Shown here: positions 38,401-47,463 of the stretch, one piece after another
Layout: each line of letters opens with the position of its first letter
Position numbering within the stretch: the stretch's first letter is position 1
Origin: a bacterium
GTDB lineage: Bacteria; Zhuqueibacterota; Zhuqueibacteria; Residuimicrobiales; Krinioviventaceae
DNA length: 64,000 nucleotides
Assembly: GCA_963693055.1 (NCBI GenBank)
Contig: OY843751.1
Location: 800,001 to 864,000 of the forward strand
Direction of reading: 5' to 3'
The notes under the pieces: model-generated
Told to the model about the DNA's origin: nothing
Seen by the model: only the letters and a program-made list of their open reading frames with translations
The model's database searches: none
Translations under genes and position numbers: made by a program

Positions 38401-39165
38401 CCGGATAATTCAGAGATTGACGTTGAATATGTTCAGGTGGGCAAACCCTATTATACTGATCGTGATTATGTTCTAACAGCAGTCCCCGAAGCACTTGAAG
38501 GCTCAAGAATGATCAAAACTCCGAACGATGACAAGAGTAACGAGGCCCCTGATTATTTACCCATGTCGCTCACTCAAAATGCTGTGATTTATATAGCATA
38601 CGATTCCCGTGTTGAATCAGTACCGCAATGGCTGAATGAAAAGTTTAAAAAAACATCTTTGCCCCTGGGTGTAACGGACCAGGTAGAAAAGCTGGATATC
38701 TGGAGAGGATATTTCAAGTCCGGTGAATTGACACTGGGGGGAAATTCCGCTGAAGGGGCTATCAATGCCAAGAGCATGTACGTAGTATTTGTAGCTGAAC
38801 CCACTCAGGAAGTGGTTGAAGATATATTAAAAGGGGATGATACTGATGGGAACGGTGAAATACCCGAAACATTTGTGCTGTATCAAAATTATCCCAATCC
38901 ATTTAATCCGTCTACAAAAATCCGTTTTGATCTAAACGCAGACCAGTACATAACTTTGCAGGTATTTAATGTATTGGGGCGTAAAGTGAAAACTTTGTAT
39001 GATGCATATGCACCTGCCGGATATTATGAATTAGAATGGCAGGGTGAAAATGAAGCGGATAACAAGGTTGCTGCAGGATTATATTTTTACAGGTTTGAGA
39101 TGCGTACACCAAATGGACAATCAGGTGTACAAACTCTTGTCAAGAAAATGTTGCTTATCCGATAG
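35437..39165 (+). CDS. Large secreted surface protein: FN3, ~9 Ig-like (SbsA/Big_5-type) repeats, unknown domain, FlgD-Ig/T9SS-type CTD
   Basis: Repeats of P.I..V......L.V.F.E.LD..SA...NY.I...V.L.T..H....Y.L.V.NI.D; QNYPNPFNPST CTD. Confidence 0.88.
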   Translation: MYIYMGYFKALCFAVLLFISPLLAIDLQLNWYENTEPDLAGYTIYFGNHSRLYDQKVSTGLVSSYVLKDLEEKVEYYFAITAFDTAGNESAYSAESMCILNDTTPLKIDSINVLSLNDLEVVFNKKITAQTAQQIENYFITPDIDIQKAVLQTDAKSVRLVTGEHAFETTYQLSVDNISDIALPANTLSETQFNYMVDAQQIDHIPPVVASVEPLTNNSILVYFDEPINANLDSTQFSTSPDIAVLSFEQISANVIKLQTAPHQQNVVYTLNVKNVSDNSVNVNTIPDDSRCSYSIIAESTNAPIVELWDVPEKDHVQLMFNSAPGILDENDFVIPGITIHNVSLDSSGRMLNLFTSNHKVGEIYKLEYMGNSQSIVEPFTMHYEYTTPDTLAPVLQKIRFLNDSEICLHFSGSLEESGALDIQNYVIDNGISVLNAELSFYKNIVTLETTPHTVNSDYSIQLYGIVDNTYRHNRIDSTRIFNYTFSDTKYPRITKIVQIDSVMIDVYFNDRLDPVTAQAKSNYSYDDTEMQIYAVQLSNDGTIVRLETLPHKEGKIYSLQTQNILFFDNSIIPAGYKSVYRYEFFDKDVTGPVIRTIRAKDEENLYVLFSEALDKTSAQDVRNYAISDGIQVLSAALNAERDLVHLETSSHDKKQNYTLQVENICDSSMTMNVCPDEHSFIYSIDLPDEQPPYIKQIKVLASDKIVVLFNEPVAGANVTQARNYYIDHDIDVTDVSTSLLSNRVELTTTLMEPKVYQLYVNNIADRFGNIPEGNPYFYFSYSGMSTSLQVTNVEPLTSSELLVTFSHDLESSSAANVNNYAIDQGIQILSARMDENENQVVLTTSDHVLEAEYLLTVENVTSKQGKRTADKDYTRFQYYFCSGYSGKLAILSVSLMTPEQIELKFDQKVNWQSAENIANYKIEPFVELETVTLADDDQTVILSSNQHFQAIPYTLRVSDVVPVDDSIETSDSYYGVYHYLSLLDVLLPDNSEIDVEYVQVGKPYYTDRDYVLTAVPEALEGSRMIKTPNDDKSNEAPDYLPMSLTQNAVIYIAYDSRVESVPQWLNEKFKKTSLPLGVTDQVEKLDIWRGYFKSGELTLGGNSAEGAINAKSMYVVFVAEPTQEVVEDILKGDDTDGNGEIPETFVLYQNYPNPFNPSTKIRFDLNADQYITLQVFNVLGRKVKTLYDAYAPAGYYELEWQGENEADNKVAAGLYFYRFEMRTPNGQSGVQTLVKKMLLIR

Positions 39166-39321
39166 TGGTTTTGGGGGAATTGATTTTCTCAGTTTTACCA
39201 ATAACTGTAAATCAGTCAAGGTTAATGAATTTGGTTGATTAAATTGCTTTGATTGCCTATATTTATATTCTAAACTCTGGAGAATATAGTTATTTTTAAA
39301 GCAATCCTCAAATATTCAAGT

Positions 39322-41247
39322 TTGATTCTTGTTATTCCAATGTGGCTTGGGGCTTTTGAATCTGTTCGTGAAATCCAAAATCAAATGTCAGATTTTGTTC
39401 GTCCTGATGAATTTGGTTCGTACCAAAAATCAACTTTTACGGAATCTGATTCGACCCAGGAAAAGGTTGAATTCAGTTTGTTTGGAGAGCAGTTTTTTGA
39501 TCGCATTCTTTCTCAAAATACGATTGCAACAGGTGGCGTAATTACCCCCGAGTACCCATTGGGCCCTGGAGATATTTTAAATATCTATCTGGGTGACAAA
39601 GCTCAACAGGAATTCAAGGTACAGGTCAGTGTTGATGGTAAAGTATATATACCTACTGTTGGTGTGTTTGATGTTTATGGGCAGACGGTAAAAGATTTTC
39701 ACATCAGCCTGGACGAGCGTTTGAAGCGGCTTTACAATAATTATATTGTTGATGTAATGCTATTGGCGCCAAAGCAGGTTCGGATCAGTGTGGTTGGTGA
39801 GGTTAGGTCTCCGGGGAATTATACACTGAATGCATTGAATACAGCACTGGATGCAATCTTGAATGCCGGTGGTCCCACAGAATTGGGATCATTACGAAAT
39901 ATTCAACTGTTCCGTAACGACAGTTTGCTGGCATATATTGATTTGTATGAATACTTGTTGGAACAAAAAAGTCCACCCAATATATATATGCAAAACGGAG
40001 ATCGGTTGTTTGTACCCGTCCGTAAAGCAGTAGTCCAGGTATCCGGTGAGGTATATCGGGAAAAAATTTATGAGCTTAACGCTCAAGACCCAGAATCGAT
40101 TGATCAAATGATAGAGTTAGCTGGTGGCGCAACTGACATGGCTCTCGTCGATCGTATTGAACTGAGCCGAATGGGTTTAAATGGGGAACGAAAAATTTAT
40201 TATTTTGATAACAGCAATCCCGATCAGAATAAAAATATCAATTGGCGTCTTGAAAATCATGACAGGATCCATGTCTACTCTGTAAAAGATAAATTTAAAC
40301 CGCATATTCTAACAATATTGGGCGAGATCAAAAACCCCGGAATATATGAATATGAAGAAAATATGCGGGTCAGTGGTCTGGTGATGAAAGCCGGAGGTGT
40401 CTTGCGCAGCAGTTACCTGCTAAAAGCCAGTCTTGCTAAAGTTGATCCCCAGATGCCTTATCATGTTCGTGAAGTGAATCTTGAAACTGTTTTAAATAAT
40501 CCTGGTTCTGATGAGAACTTTATACTTGAACCAGATGATCAGGTTTTTATTCGTAAAATTCCGGACTGGCAGGTTGGGCCTTTGGTTGAAATCAAAGGAG
40601 AGGTAATGTTCCCGGGTTTTTATCCAATCGTCAAAGGGTCAACCAGTTTAAGCGAGGTTGTTAAACAGGCCGGCGGTTTAAAGCATGAAGCCAATGTTAA
40701 TGACGCCACACTCACACGACCTAATGCGGTATCTGTTAAAGATAAAGAATTTTTGCGTTTGCAAAGTATGAGCAAGAGTGAAATGAGCAAGAACGAGTAC
40801 CAGTATTATGTTATGAAACAAAATGCCGCAGACGTGAATTCAATTGTGGTAGATTTTTACAAGTTGCTTGTTAAAGATGATACAAAAGAAGATGTAATAT
40901 TACAAGACGGCGATATTATTAATATACCCAAAGCACCCAAGGTGGTTACTGTAATTGGAAGGGTGGCGAAAAATGGGGGTATTGTCTATAAAGAGACAGC
41001 GGGTATAGAGTATTATATTGAACAGGCGGGCGGGTATACCTGGGATGCAGATGCAGGTGATACAAAGGTTATCAAAGTTTCTGGTGAAATTCTTGACAGT
41101 CATGATGTGCATCATTTTTCACCGGGAGACAGAATCTGGGTACCGCGTAAACCTGACAGGAATTACTGGGAAATTTTCAGAGATATTATGCTGGTAGCAG
41201 GGCAAGTTGCTACGGTTTATCTTGTAGTAAAACAGGCTACTGATTAA
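39322..41247 (+). CDS. Polysaccharide export protein with multiple SLBB domains (Wza/KpsD-like)
   Basis: YPLGPGDILNI Poly_export motif; repeated V.GEV..PG.Y / AGG SLBB domains; C-terminal helix. True start may be upstream. Confidence 0.9.
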   Translation: MILVIPMWLGAFESVREIQNQMSDFVRPDEFGSYQKSTFTESDSTQEKVEFSLFGEQFFDRILSQNTIATGGVITPEYPLGPGDILNIYLGDKAQQEFKVQVSVDGKVYIPTVGVFDVYGQTVKDFHISLDERLKRLYNNYIVDVMLLAPKQVRISVVGEVRSPGNYTLNALNTALDAILNAGGPTELGSLRNIQLFRNDSLLAYIDLYEYLLEQKSPPNIYMQNGDRLFVPVRKAVVQVSGEVYREKIYELNAQDPESIDQMIELAGGATDMALVDRIELSRMGLNGERKIYYFDNSNPDQNKNINWRLENHDRIHVYSVKDKFKPHILTILGEIKNPGIYEYEENMRVSGLVMKAGGVLRSSYLLKASLAKVDPQMPYHVREVNLETVLNNPGSDENFILEPDDQVFIRKIPDWQVGPLVEIKGEVMFPGFYPIVKGSTSLSEVVKQAGGLKHEANVNDATLTRPNAVSVKDKEFLRLQSMSKSEMSKNEYQYYVMKQNAADVNSIVVDFYKLLVKDDTKEDVILQDGDIINIPKAPKVVTVIGRVAKNGGIVYKETAGIEYYIEQAGGYTWDADAGDTKVIKVSGEILDSHDVHHFSPGDRIWVPRKPDRNYWEIFRDIMLVAGQVATVYLVVKQATD

Positions 41248-41262
41248 TTTTAGCGGAGACAA

Positions 41263-42513
41263 ATGAATAATCATTCAAATACCCAGGAAATACACATCCT
41301 GGACTATCTCAATGTTCTGGTAAATGCCCGATGGATTATTGCCCGCAATTTTGTAGTTGCTGCGCTTTTGAGTGTTGTGCTTACGCTGGTTCTCCCCAAA
41401 CAATATGTGGGCGAGACTACATTAATGCCACCCCCTGAAGCAGAAAAATATGGCATGGGAAGTATTCTCTCTGAAGTAACCATACCAAGCCTGAGTATGA
41501 ATTTTGGTCAGTCTTCCTCATCAGAGATCCTGATCGAAGTCCTTAAAAGTCGTTCTGTAAAGACCAGAGTGCTTGAACGGAAATTTAAGATTAAAGATAA
41601 AGATTTAGTACTGTATGAATATTTGGGATATTCTTCAGCGCAGAACGCGTTGAAAAAGATTACAAAAAAGAGCATGTTTGCAGTTTCCAAGCAGGGCATT
41701 ATTACTATTGCAGTGAAAATGAACACGGCACAGTTGGCTGCCGATGTGGCAAATGCATTTGTACAAGAGCTTGATCAGGTGAACCAGGAAAAGAGTGTTT
41801 CACGGGCCAAGAATTCAAGAATATATATAAAATCTCAGCTTAAAGAGACTAATGAAAAGCTGGAACAGGCAACGCGAAAGCTGGCAGAATTTCAGCAGGA
41901 AAACCGGGCTGTATCCCTGCAAGAGCAAACACACGCATCAATTCAGCAAGCGGGTGAACTCAAGGGACGGATTATTGCCAAAGAAGTCGAAATAGGGGTT
42001 ATGCTGCAAACCATGAAACCTGAAAATCCCCTGGTAACCCACGCGCAAAAAGAACTTGAAGAATTGAACCGCAGGTATCATGAATTGCAGTATGGCGATA
42101 CTTCGGTGAAAACAAACGAAAGCGAGTTTTATGTTCCCTTTACCGATGTCCCTCAGGTTGGGTTAAAGCTTGCAGAACTTGCCCGGGATGTTAAAGTACA
42201 GGAAACGGTTTGGCAGTTACTTAATCAACAATATTACCAGGCCAAGATTGAAGAGGCGCGAAACACTCCAACCGTGCAGGTTCTGGATGTGGCGGTTGCG
42301 CCTGTAAAACACTTTTGGCCAAGAAAGAAAACCTTTTTATTGGTGTTTGGAGCCGCCTCCATATTATTTACTATTCTTTGGGTATTTATTGTTCATTTTT
42401 ATATGATATTGATTCAAAATCCGGAAAAAAATGAACGGTTTATGAATATCCGGGCCCAACTGAATAGCGATTGGCATCTTTTTAAATCCCGCTTGACTCG
42501 CAAGAAATTTTGA
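41263..42513 (+). CDS. Polysaccharide co-polymerase (Wzz/GumC-like, no kinase domain)
   Basis: N- and C-terminal TM, LPKQY, coiled coil, VQVLDVAVAP..WP; no Walker A. Confidence 0.88.
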   Translation: MNNHSNTQEIHILDYLNVLVNARWIIARNFVVAALLSVVLTLVLPKQYVGETTLMPPPEAEKYGMGSILSEVTIPSLSMNFGQSSSSEILIEVLKSRSVKTRVLERKFKIKDKDLVLYEYLGYSSAQNALKKITKKSMFAVSKQGIITIAVKMNTAQLAADVANAFVQELDQVNQEKSVSRAKNSRIYIKSQLKETNEKLEQATRKLAEFQQENRAVSLQEQTHASIQQAGELKGRIIAKEVEIGVMLQTMKPENPLVTHAQKELEELNRRYHELQYGDTSVKTNESEFYVPFTDVPQVGLKLAELARDVKVQETVWQLLNQQYYQAKIEEARNTPTVQVLDVAVAPVKHFWPRKKTFLLVFGAASILFTILWVFIVHFYMILIQNPEKNERFMNIRAQLNSDWHLFKSRLTRKKF

Positions 42514-42535
42514 TCTGATTATTTCAGGAGTATTT

Positions 42536-43288
42536 ATGGAAAATTATATATCCGAATCTGCCACTATTGGTGAGAATTCAGAAATCGGACGTTTTACAGT
42601 TATTGCAGAAAATGTAAAAATAGGCAACAATTGTCGTATTGGACATAATGTTGTAATTCATCAGGATGCTGTCATTGGTGACAATGTTCGTATTGATGAT
42701 TGTACTGTGATTGGAAAACAACCTATGCGTTCTAAACGCAGTATTTTTAAAGATGAAACGACTTTGCCTCCTGTGAAAATTGGTAATGATTGTATGTTTG
42801 GTGCACAGGTTGTTATCTATGCCGGTTGTGAGATTGATAATAATGTTCTGGTTGCTGATGGGGCCGCGGTTCGAGAAGAAGTAACTGTGGGTGAATTTAC
42901 AATTATAGGCAGAAGTGCTACCATAGAAAATAAAACAACAATTGGTATAAAGTGTAAATTGGAGACCAATTGCTATATAACAGCATATTCCACTATTGAA
43001 GATTTTTGTTTTATCGCACCAGGTGTACATACAACCAATGATAATTTTTTAGGTCGCACAGAAGAACGGTTCAAACATTTCAAAGGTGTGACAATAAAGC
43101 GTGGTGGTCGTATTGGCGGACATGCTGTTATTTTGCCGGGCAGAGTGATTGGTGAAGATGCAGTGGTTGCTGCGGGTTCAGTTGTAACCCGTGATGTACC
43201 TGCGCGTCAAATTGTAATTGGGGCACCTGCCAAGTATTTACGTGATGTGCCGGAAGATCAGTTGTTGGAAAACCAGGGGTGGGAATAG
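42536..43288 (+). CDS. Hexapeptide-repeat N-acetyltransferase (WbpD/WlbB-like)
   Basis: Left-handed beta-helix IG repeats, FIAPGVHTTND, AGSVVTRDVP, GAPAK. Confidence 0.85.
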   Translation: MENYISESATIGENSEIGRFTVIAENVKIGNNCRIGHNVVIHQDAVIGDNVRIDDCTVIGKQPMRSKRSIFKDETTLPPVKIGNDCMFGAQVVIYAGCEIDNNVLVADGAAVREEVTVGEFTIIGRSATIENKTTIGIKCKLETNCYITAYSTIEDFCFIAPGVHTTNDNFLGRTEERFKHFKGVTIKRGGRIGGHAVILPGRVIGEDAVVAAGSVVTRDVPARQIVIGAPAKYLRDVPEDQLLENQGWE

Positions 43289-43300
43289 GAGAAGGAACTG

Positions 43301-44371
43301 TTGAAAGTATTAACCGTTGTGGGTGCAAGACCCCAGTTTATTAAAGCTGCACCGGTATCCCGGAATTTAAGAACACAGCATGAAGAGATTTTAGTCCATA
43401 CCGGACAACATTATGATGAAAACATGTCTCAGCTTTTTTTTGATGAGCTCAATATACCCAAGCCCGATGTGAATTTAGAGATAGGCTCAGGATTACACGC
43501 GGAACAAACCGGTAAAATGATGGTAGAGCTTGAAAAGCTAATTGTCAGTCATAAACCCAATTGTGTGATGGTATATGGAGATACCAATTCTACAATCGCT
43601 GGTTCACTTGCTGCAAGCAAGCTCAATGTACCTGTTGTTCATATTGAGGCGGGTTTGCGCAGTTTTAACAGGCACATGCCTGAAGAAATTAACCGGGTAT
43701 TGACAGATAAAATATCAGACTTGCTTTTTTGTCCTACAAAAGTTGCTGTTGAACATTTGGCAAAAGAAGGCGTTATCCAGGGTGTGTATCAGACAGGTGA
43801 TGTTATGTTTGATGCCGCTTTGTATTATGCAGAAATGGCAGAACATAAAGATTCTGTACTAGATGTTATAGGTGTGGAACCCGGAAAATATTTGCTGGCA
43901 ACCTGTCATCGTCCGCAAAATACGGATGATAAACAGACTTTGACAGGTATAGTGCAGGCCTTTTTAGAAACCGGCAAAACAATTGTTTTGCCTATACATC
44001 CCCGTACACGTGGATTTTTGCAAAAATATGATTTAATAAATGAAATTAATAATAGTGGTACAATAAAGCTGATTGATCCTGTGGGTTATCTTGAAATGAT
44101 TCAGCTTGAAAAAAATGCAGAGAAAATACTAACAGATTCCGGTGGTGTACAAAAAGAAGCGTATTTCTACAAAGTACCCTGTATTACCATGCGTCCTGAA
44201 ACCGAGTGGGTAGAAACCGTACAGGATGGCTGGAATGATCTTGTTGGTGCAGATAAGGGTAAAATACAAAATGCCATATCTTCATTTAATCCTGCATCTG
44301 AACAAAACAGCCACTATGGTGATGGCAATGCAAGTGAAATAATGGTTAATATATTAAATGAACATTTTTAA
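43301..44371 (+). CDS. wecB: Non-hydrolysing UDP-N-acetylglucosamine 2-epimerase (WecB/WbpI-like)
   Basis: VGARPQFIK, HTGQHYD, YGDTNST, HIEAGLRS, PEEINR, TDSGGVQKEA. Confidence 0.92.
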   Translation: MKVLTVVGARPQFIKAAPVSRNLRTQHEEILVHTGQHYDENMSQLFFDELNIPKPDVNLEIGSGLHAEQTGKMMVELEKLIVSHKPNCVMVYGDTNSTIAGSLAASKLNVPVVHIEAGLRSFNRHMPEEINRVLTDKISDLLFCPTKVAVEHLAKEGVIQGVYQTGDVMFDAALYYAEMAEHKDSVLDVIGVEPGKYLLATCHRPQNTDDKQTLTGIVQAFLETGKTIVLPIHPRTRGFLQKYDLINEINNSGTIKLIDPVGYLEMIQLEKNAEKILTDSGGVQKEAYFYKVPCITMRPETEWVETVQDGWNDLVGADKGKIQNAISSFNPASEQNSHYGDGNASEIMVNILNEHF

Positions 44372-46025
44372 AAAAATAATTTTCCTTCTTTTATGGGGGG
44401 GATTTTTATATTCTCAAACTGTTTTTGTTCCTTCTCAACACCGTGTTTATGACTTTATTGAACGTATGGAGACAAAGGGTCTCTTGCGAGGGTTTCACAA
44501 CGACACCCGCCCTTTATCCCGATTGGAAATTGCAAAGGGATTGAGAAAAGTTTATGAACACTCTGAGCAATTGGGTAAAAACGAGGCCAAAGAACTGGGG
44601 TATTATATCTCTCAATTCAGAGAAGAGTTGGGTGATCTGTTTAAGCCTCATGCAGAACGTTTGGACGTTATTACAAAACATAAATGGATTGATGGCTGGC
44701 TTCCGGACAAGGTTTATGCCAATGGAAGGAATTTATTTTCTTATTCAGATGATATAACGCGCATTAACATTGATCCCATATTGTCAGAAAAACGACTGTT
44801 TGCCAATGCAGATACTCTGCAATCAACAGAAAAAGTTTTTGAACAAACGAGCGGTTTTTTGATTTGGGGAACGCTTGGTGATCATGTAGGTTATTATACA
44901 GACGTACGTGATACGCGCGAATGGGGTACACGTAATTATCCCCTTTTTATTAATACAACTGCTTATGGTCTCGGATTTGTCTCCGGCGGCAATGGCGATA
45001 TCTATCATGATGAAACACGGGCCTACCTGGTCTATAATAAGAATTGGTTTCTATTACAGTTCGGCAAAGATGAAAACCAATGGGGACCGGGATATAGGGG
45101 GCAACTGGCATTGTCTGATGTTGCAACCAGTTATGATTTTATAAAACTCCAGTTCAATACGCGTCCCTTTAAACTCACGTCAATGTATGCGGTCTTGAAG
45201 CATTTTACTCCAGAATATTATTACGGCAATCATTTGGAAAAGTATATGGCCGCGCACAGGATAGAGTTTTCTCCATTATCCTGGATAAATGTAGGCATGC
45301 ATGAGATTATGATTTTCTCCGAAAGAAAGTTTGAGGCTGCTTATGTGAATCCCGTTATGTTTTTCAGGTCTGCCGAACATTACCTGGGGGACCGGGACAA
45401 TGCGGCAATGGGACTGGATATGGAGATGTTTGTACTTCCTCGGACCAAAATCTATGCTGAACTGTTTCTTGATGATGTCACTACAAGTAAGCTCGGCTCT
45501 TCTTTTTATGGCAACAAGTACGCTTACCTTGCCGGGATTTATCATGTAAATCCATTAGGGCTTGCCAATACGGATATAAGAATAGAATATTCAAGACTGC
45601 GTCCATTTGTCTATAGCCACAAGTCTGATATTAATACCTATAACCATTTCGTAACGGGTATGGGGCACTGGAGTGGTTCTAATTCTGATGTTGCTTATTT
45701 TGAAATGAATTTTAGACCTACAATTCGTACTCGGATTTCCGGTTTTGTTGAAAAAAGGCGACATGGTGGTAACTCTGAACAGGTAAATGCGGGAGGTGAT
45801 ATTTTTACGCCTCACGATCCCAGTGATTCTGTTTCAGCTCCATTTTTGGATGGTATTTTTGAAGAGTATTTACAATTTGGTATTCTCTATAGATATGAAT
45901 TGTTTTACAATTGTTATTTATCAACACAATACAGCTATGGCAAAGGGGACTCGGAGCTAAATCCAGATACAGATTTCCCAGGTAAGCGTTCTGAATTCTG
46001 GTTCCATTTTAGTTTGAATTATTGA
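44358..46025 (+). CDS. Capsule assembly Wzi-like outer-membrane beta-barrel
   Basis: Signal peptide, helical N-cap (RPLSRLEIA), GKDENQWGPG, LSD, AHRIE, DNAAMG; C-terminal aromatic FSLNY. Confidence 0.8.
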   Translation: MNIFKKIIFLLLWGGFLYSQTVFVPSQHRVYDFIERMETKGLLRGFHNDTRPLSRLEIAKGLRKVYEHSEQLGKNEAKELGYYISQFREELGDLFKPHAERLDVITKHKWIDGWLPDKVYANGRNLFSYSDDITRINIDPILSEKRLFANADTLQSTEKVFEQTSGFLIWGTLGDHVGYYTDVRDTREWGTRNYPLFINTTAYGLGFVSGGNGDIYHDETRAYLVYNKNWFLLQFGKDENQWGPGYRGQLALSDVATSYDFIKLQFNTRPFKLTSMYAVLKHFTPEYYYGNHLEKYMAAHRIEFSPLSWINVGMHEIMIFSERKFEAAYVNPVMFFRSAEHYLGDRDNAAMGLDMEMFVLPRTKIYAELFLDDVTTSKLGSSFYGNKYAYLAGIYHVNPLGLANTDIRIEYSRLRPFVYSHKSDINTYNHFVTGMGHWSGSNSDVAYFEMNFRPTIRTRISGFVEKRRHGGNSEQVNAGGDIFTPHDPSDSVSAPFLDGIFEEYLQFGILYRYELFYNCYLSTQYSYGKGDSELNPDTDFPGKRSEFWFHFSLNY

Positions 46026-46032
46026 GCAGTAT

Positions 46033-47463
46033 ATGGGTGAGAGAGACCGTATATTTAGAAATTTTATATTTCTGTTGATTGGCGGTATTATTGCCAGTCT
46101 GGTTGAATTTGCTATAGAAATTATGCTTGCACGGCGTCTATCTGACACCGGTTATGGGCACTGGTCATACGCCCAGTCCGTTTTTATTTATCTGATATTA
46201 ATTGTAGATATAGGGCTTGCAGTTTATGGCGCACGCGAGATAGCGCGTTGCAGGGAGCAAATCAATCGGTTTATAGCAAATATTGTTGTGGTGCGAACTT
46301 TGGTTGCTGTAATTTTATCTGCAGTGTTGTTTATTTATGTTTTAAGATTGGGGATTCCTGCACATTTAAAGACCCTTTATATGGGTGGCTTTTCCATACT
46401 TCTTGCACTGGCTTTTAACCCAGAATTTGTTTTCCAGGGGATTGAAAGAATGGTGGGGATTGCGCTGTGGCGCATTCTGAATTATGTATTCTTTTTTATT
46501 CTGGTACTATTGATTGTTCATAGGCCCGATGACCTGCAGAGGGTTTCATGGCTCCGTGGAATTTCATATATAGGTGCTGTGCTGATTTTGTGGTTGATCA
46601 TTGCAAAAATAACAGGTTTGCCGCGATTCGGTGATATTGCCGTGAATTCATGGCTCCCCATGTTAAAAGTATCTGTTTTTATTGCTGCGTCTACACTCAT
46701 TGTAAATGTTTATTTTACATTTGATACGTTGGTAATTGGCAAGTTTTTAGGTGCTCAGCAGGTTGGATGGTATTCAGCCGCATACAAGGTTGTTGGACAG
46801 TTTTTAGGTCTGGCCATTATGGTTCAGGTTGTTTTTGGCCCGGTTATTTCGCGCTGGCGTGATAATGCCTCAAAATTAGATTGGCTTACCTCTGCGCTAC
46901 AGGTAGTAATGCTTTACCTTGGTGGTTTGATTGCAGGGGGATTGTATTTTATCTCGGATGTTTTAATAATCCGGTTGTATGGACAAGAGTTTTTACAATC
47001 GGTTTTTATTTTCAAAGTGTTGTTGATTGTGATTTTTTTGTTCTTTTATCAGACAATTTATACTACTCTCTTGCTTTATAGCGGAAAAGAGAGATTGTAC
47101 CTGTGGAGCATGTCTGCCGGAGGTATGGTGAACCTGGTACTGAATCTGATAATTGTACCCATATGGGGTATGATTGGCGCATTGGCTGCTACACTTTTTA
47201 GCCATTTGGTAATTGCCGGGATCGCTTTTTTATTTTACCGATATCGGGTGCAAAAAGAGCTGCATCACATACATGTGTTAGGGATTTCGATGAAAATGAT
47301 TTTGTTTTTTGTGATGCTGGTAATAGTTTCTTTTATCAATAATGCTTATTTTGCTTGTATCCTGTTTTGTGCAGGTTTTACAATCTTGTATATATTAATG
47401 AATTTGAAAAAAATATCGACTGTTTTTAATGGACTGGTAACTAACGGAGAGCGCTTAATTTAA
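46033..47463 (+). CDS. Wzx-type flippase 1
   Basis: About 12-14 TM; LARRLS..GYG, DIGL, VGWYSAAY, GMIGA. Confidence 0.88.
   Translation: MGERDRIFRNFIFLLIGGIIASLVEFAIEIMLARRLSDTGYGHWSYAQSVFIYLILIVDIGLAVYGAREIARCREQINRFIANIVVVRTLVAVILSAVLFIYVLRLGIPAHLKTLYMGGFSILLALAFNPEFVFQGIERMVGIALWRILNYVFFFILVLLIVHRPDDLQRVSWLRGISYIGAVLILWLIIAKITGLPRFGDIAVNSWLPMLKVSVFIAASTLIVNVYFTFDTLVIGKFLGAQQVGWYSAAYKVVGQFLGLAIMVQVVFGPVISRWRDNASKLDWLTSALQVVMLYLGGLIAGGLYFISDVLIIRLYGQEFLQSVFIFKVLLIVIFLFFYQTIYTTLLLYSGKERLYLWSMSAGGMVNLVLNLIIVPIWGMIGALAATLFSHLVIAGIAFLFYRYRVQKELHHIHVLGISMKMILFFVMLVIVSFINNAYFACILFCAGFTILYILMNLKKISTVFNGLVTNGERLI

Noticed and set aside
39232-39247. Sigma54-like box TGGTTGATTAAATTGC upstream of the exporter gene
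   Set aside because: GG-to-GC spacing is 11 nt rather than the required 10.
39166-39321. JUMPstart/ops element before the polysaccharide genes
   Set aside because: No GGCGGTAG-like sequence seen.
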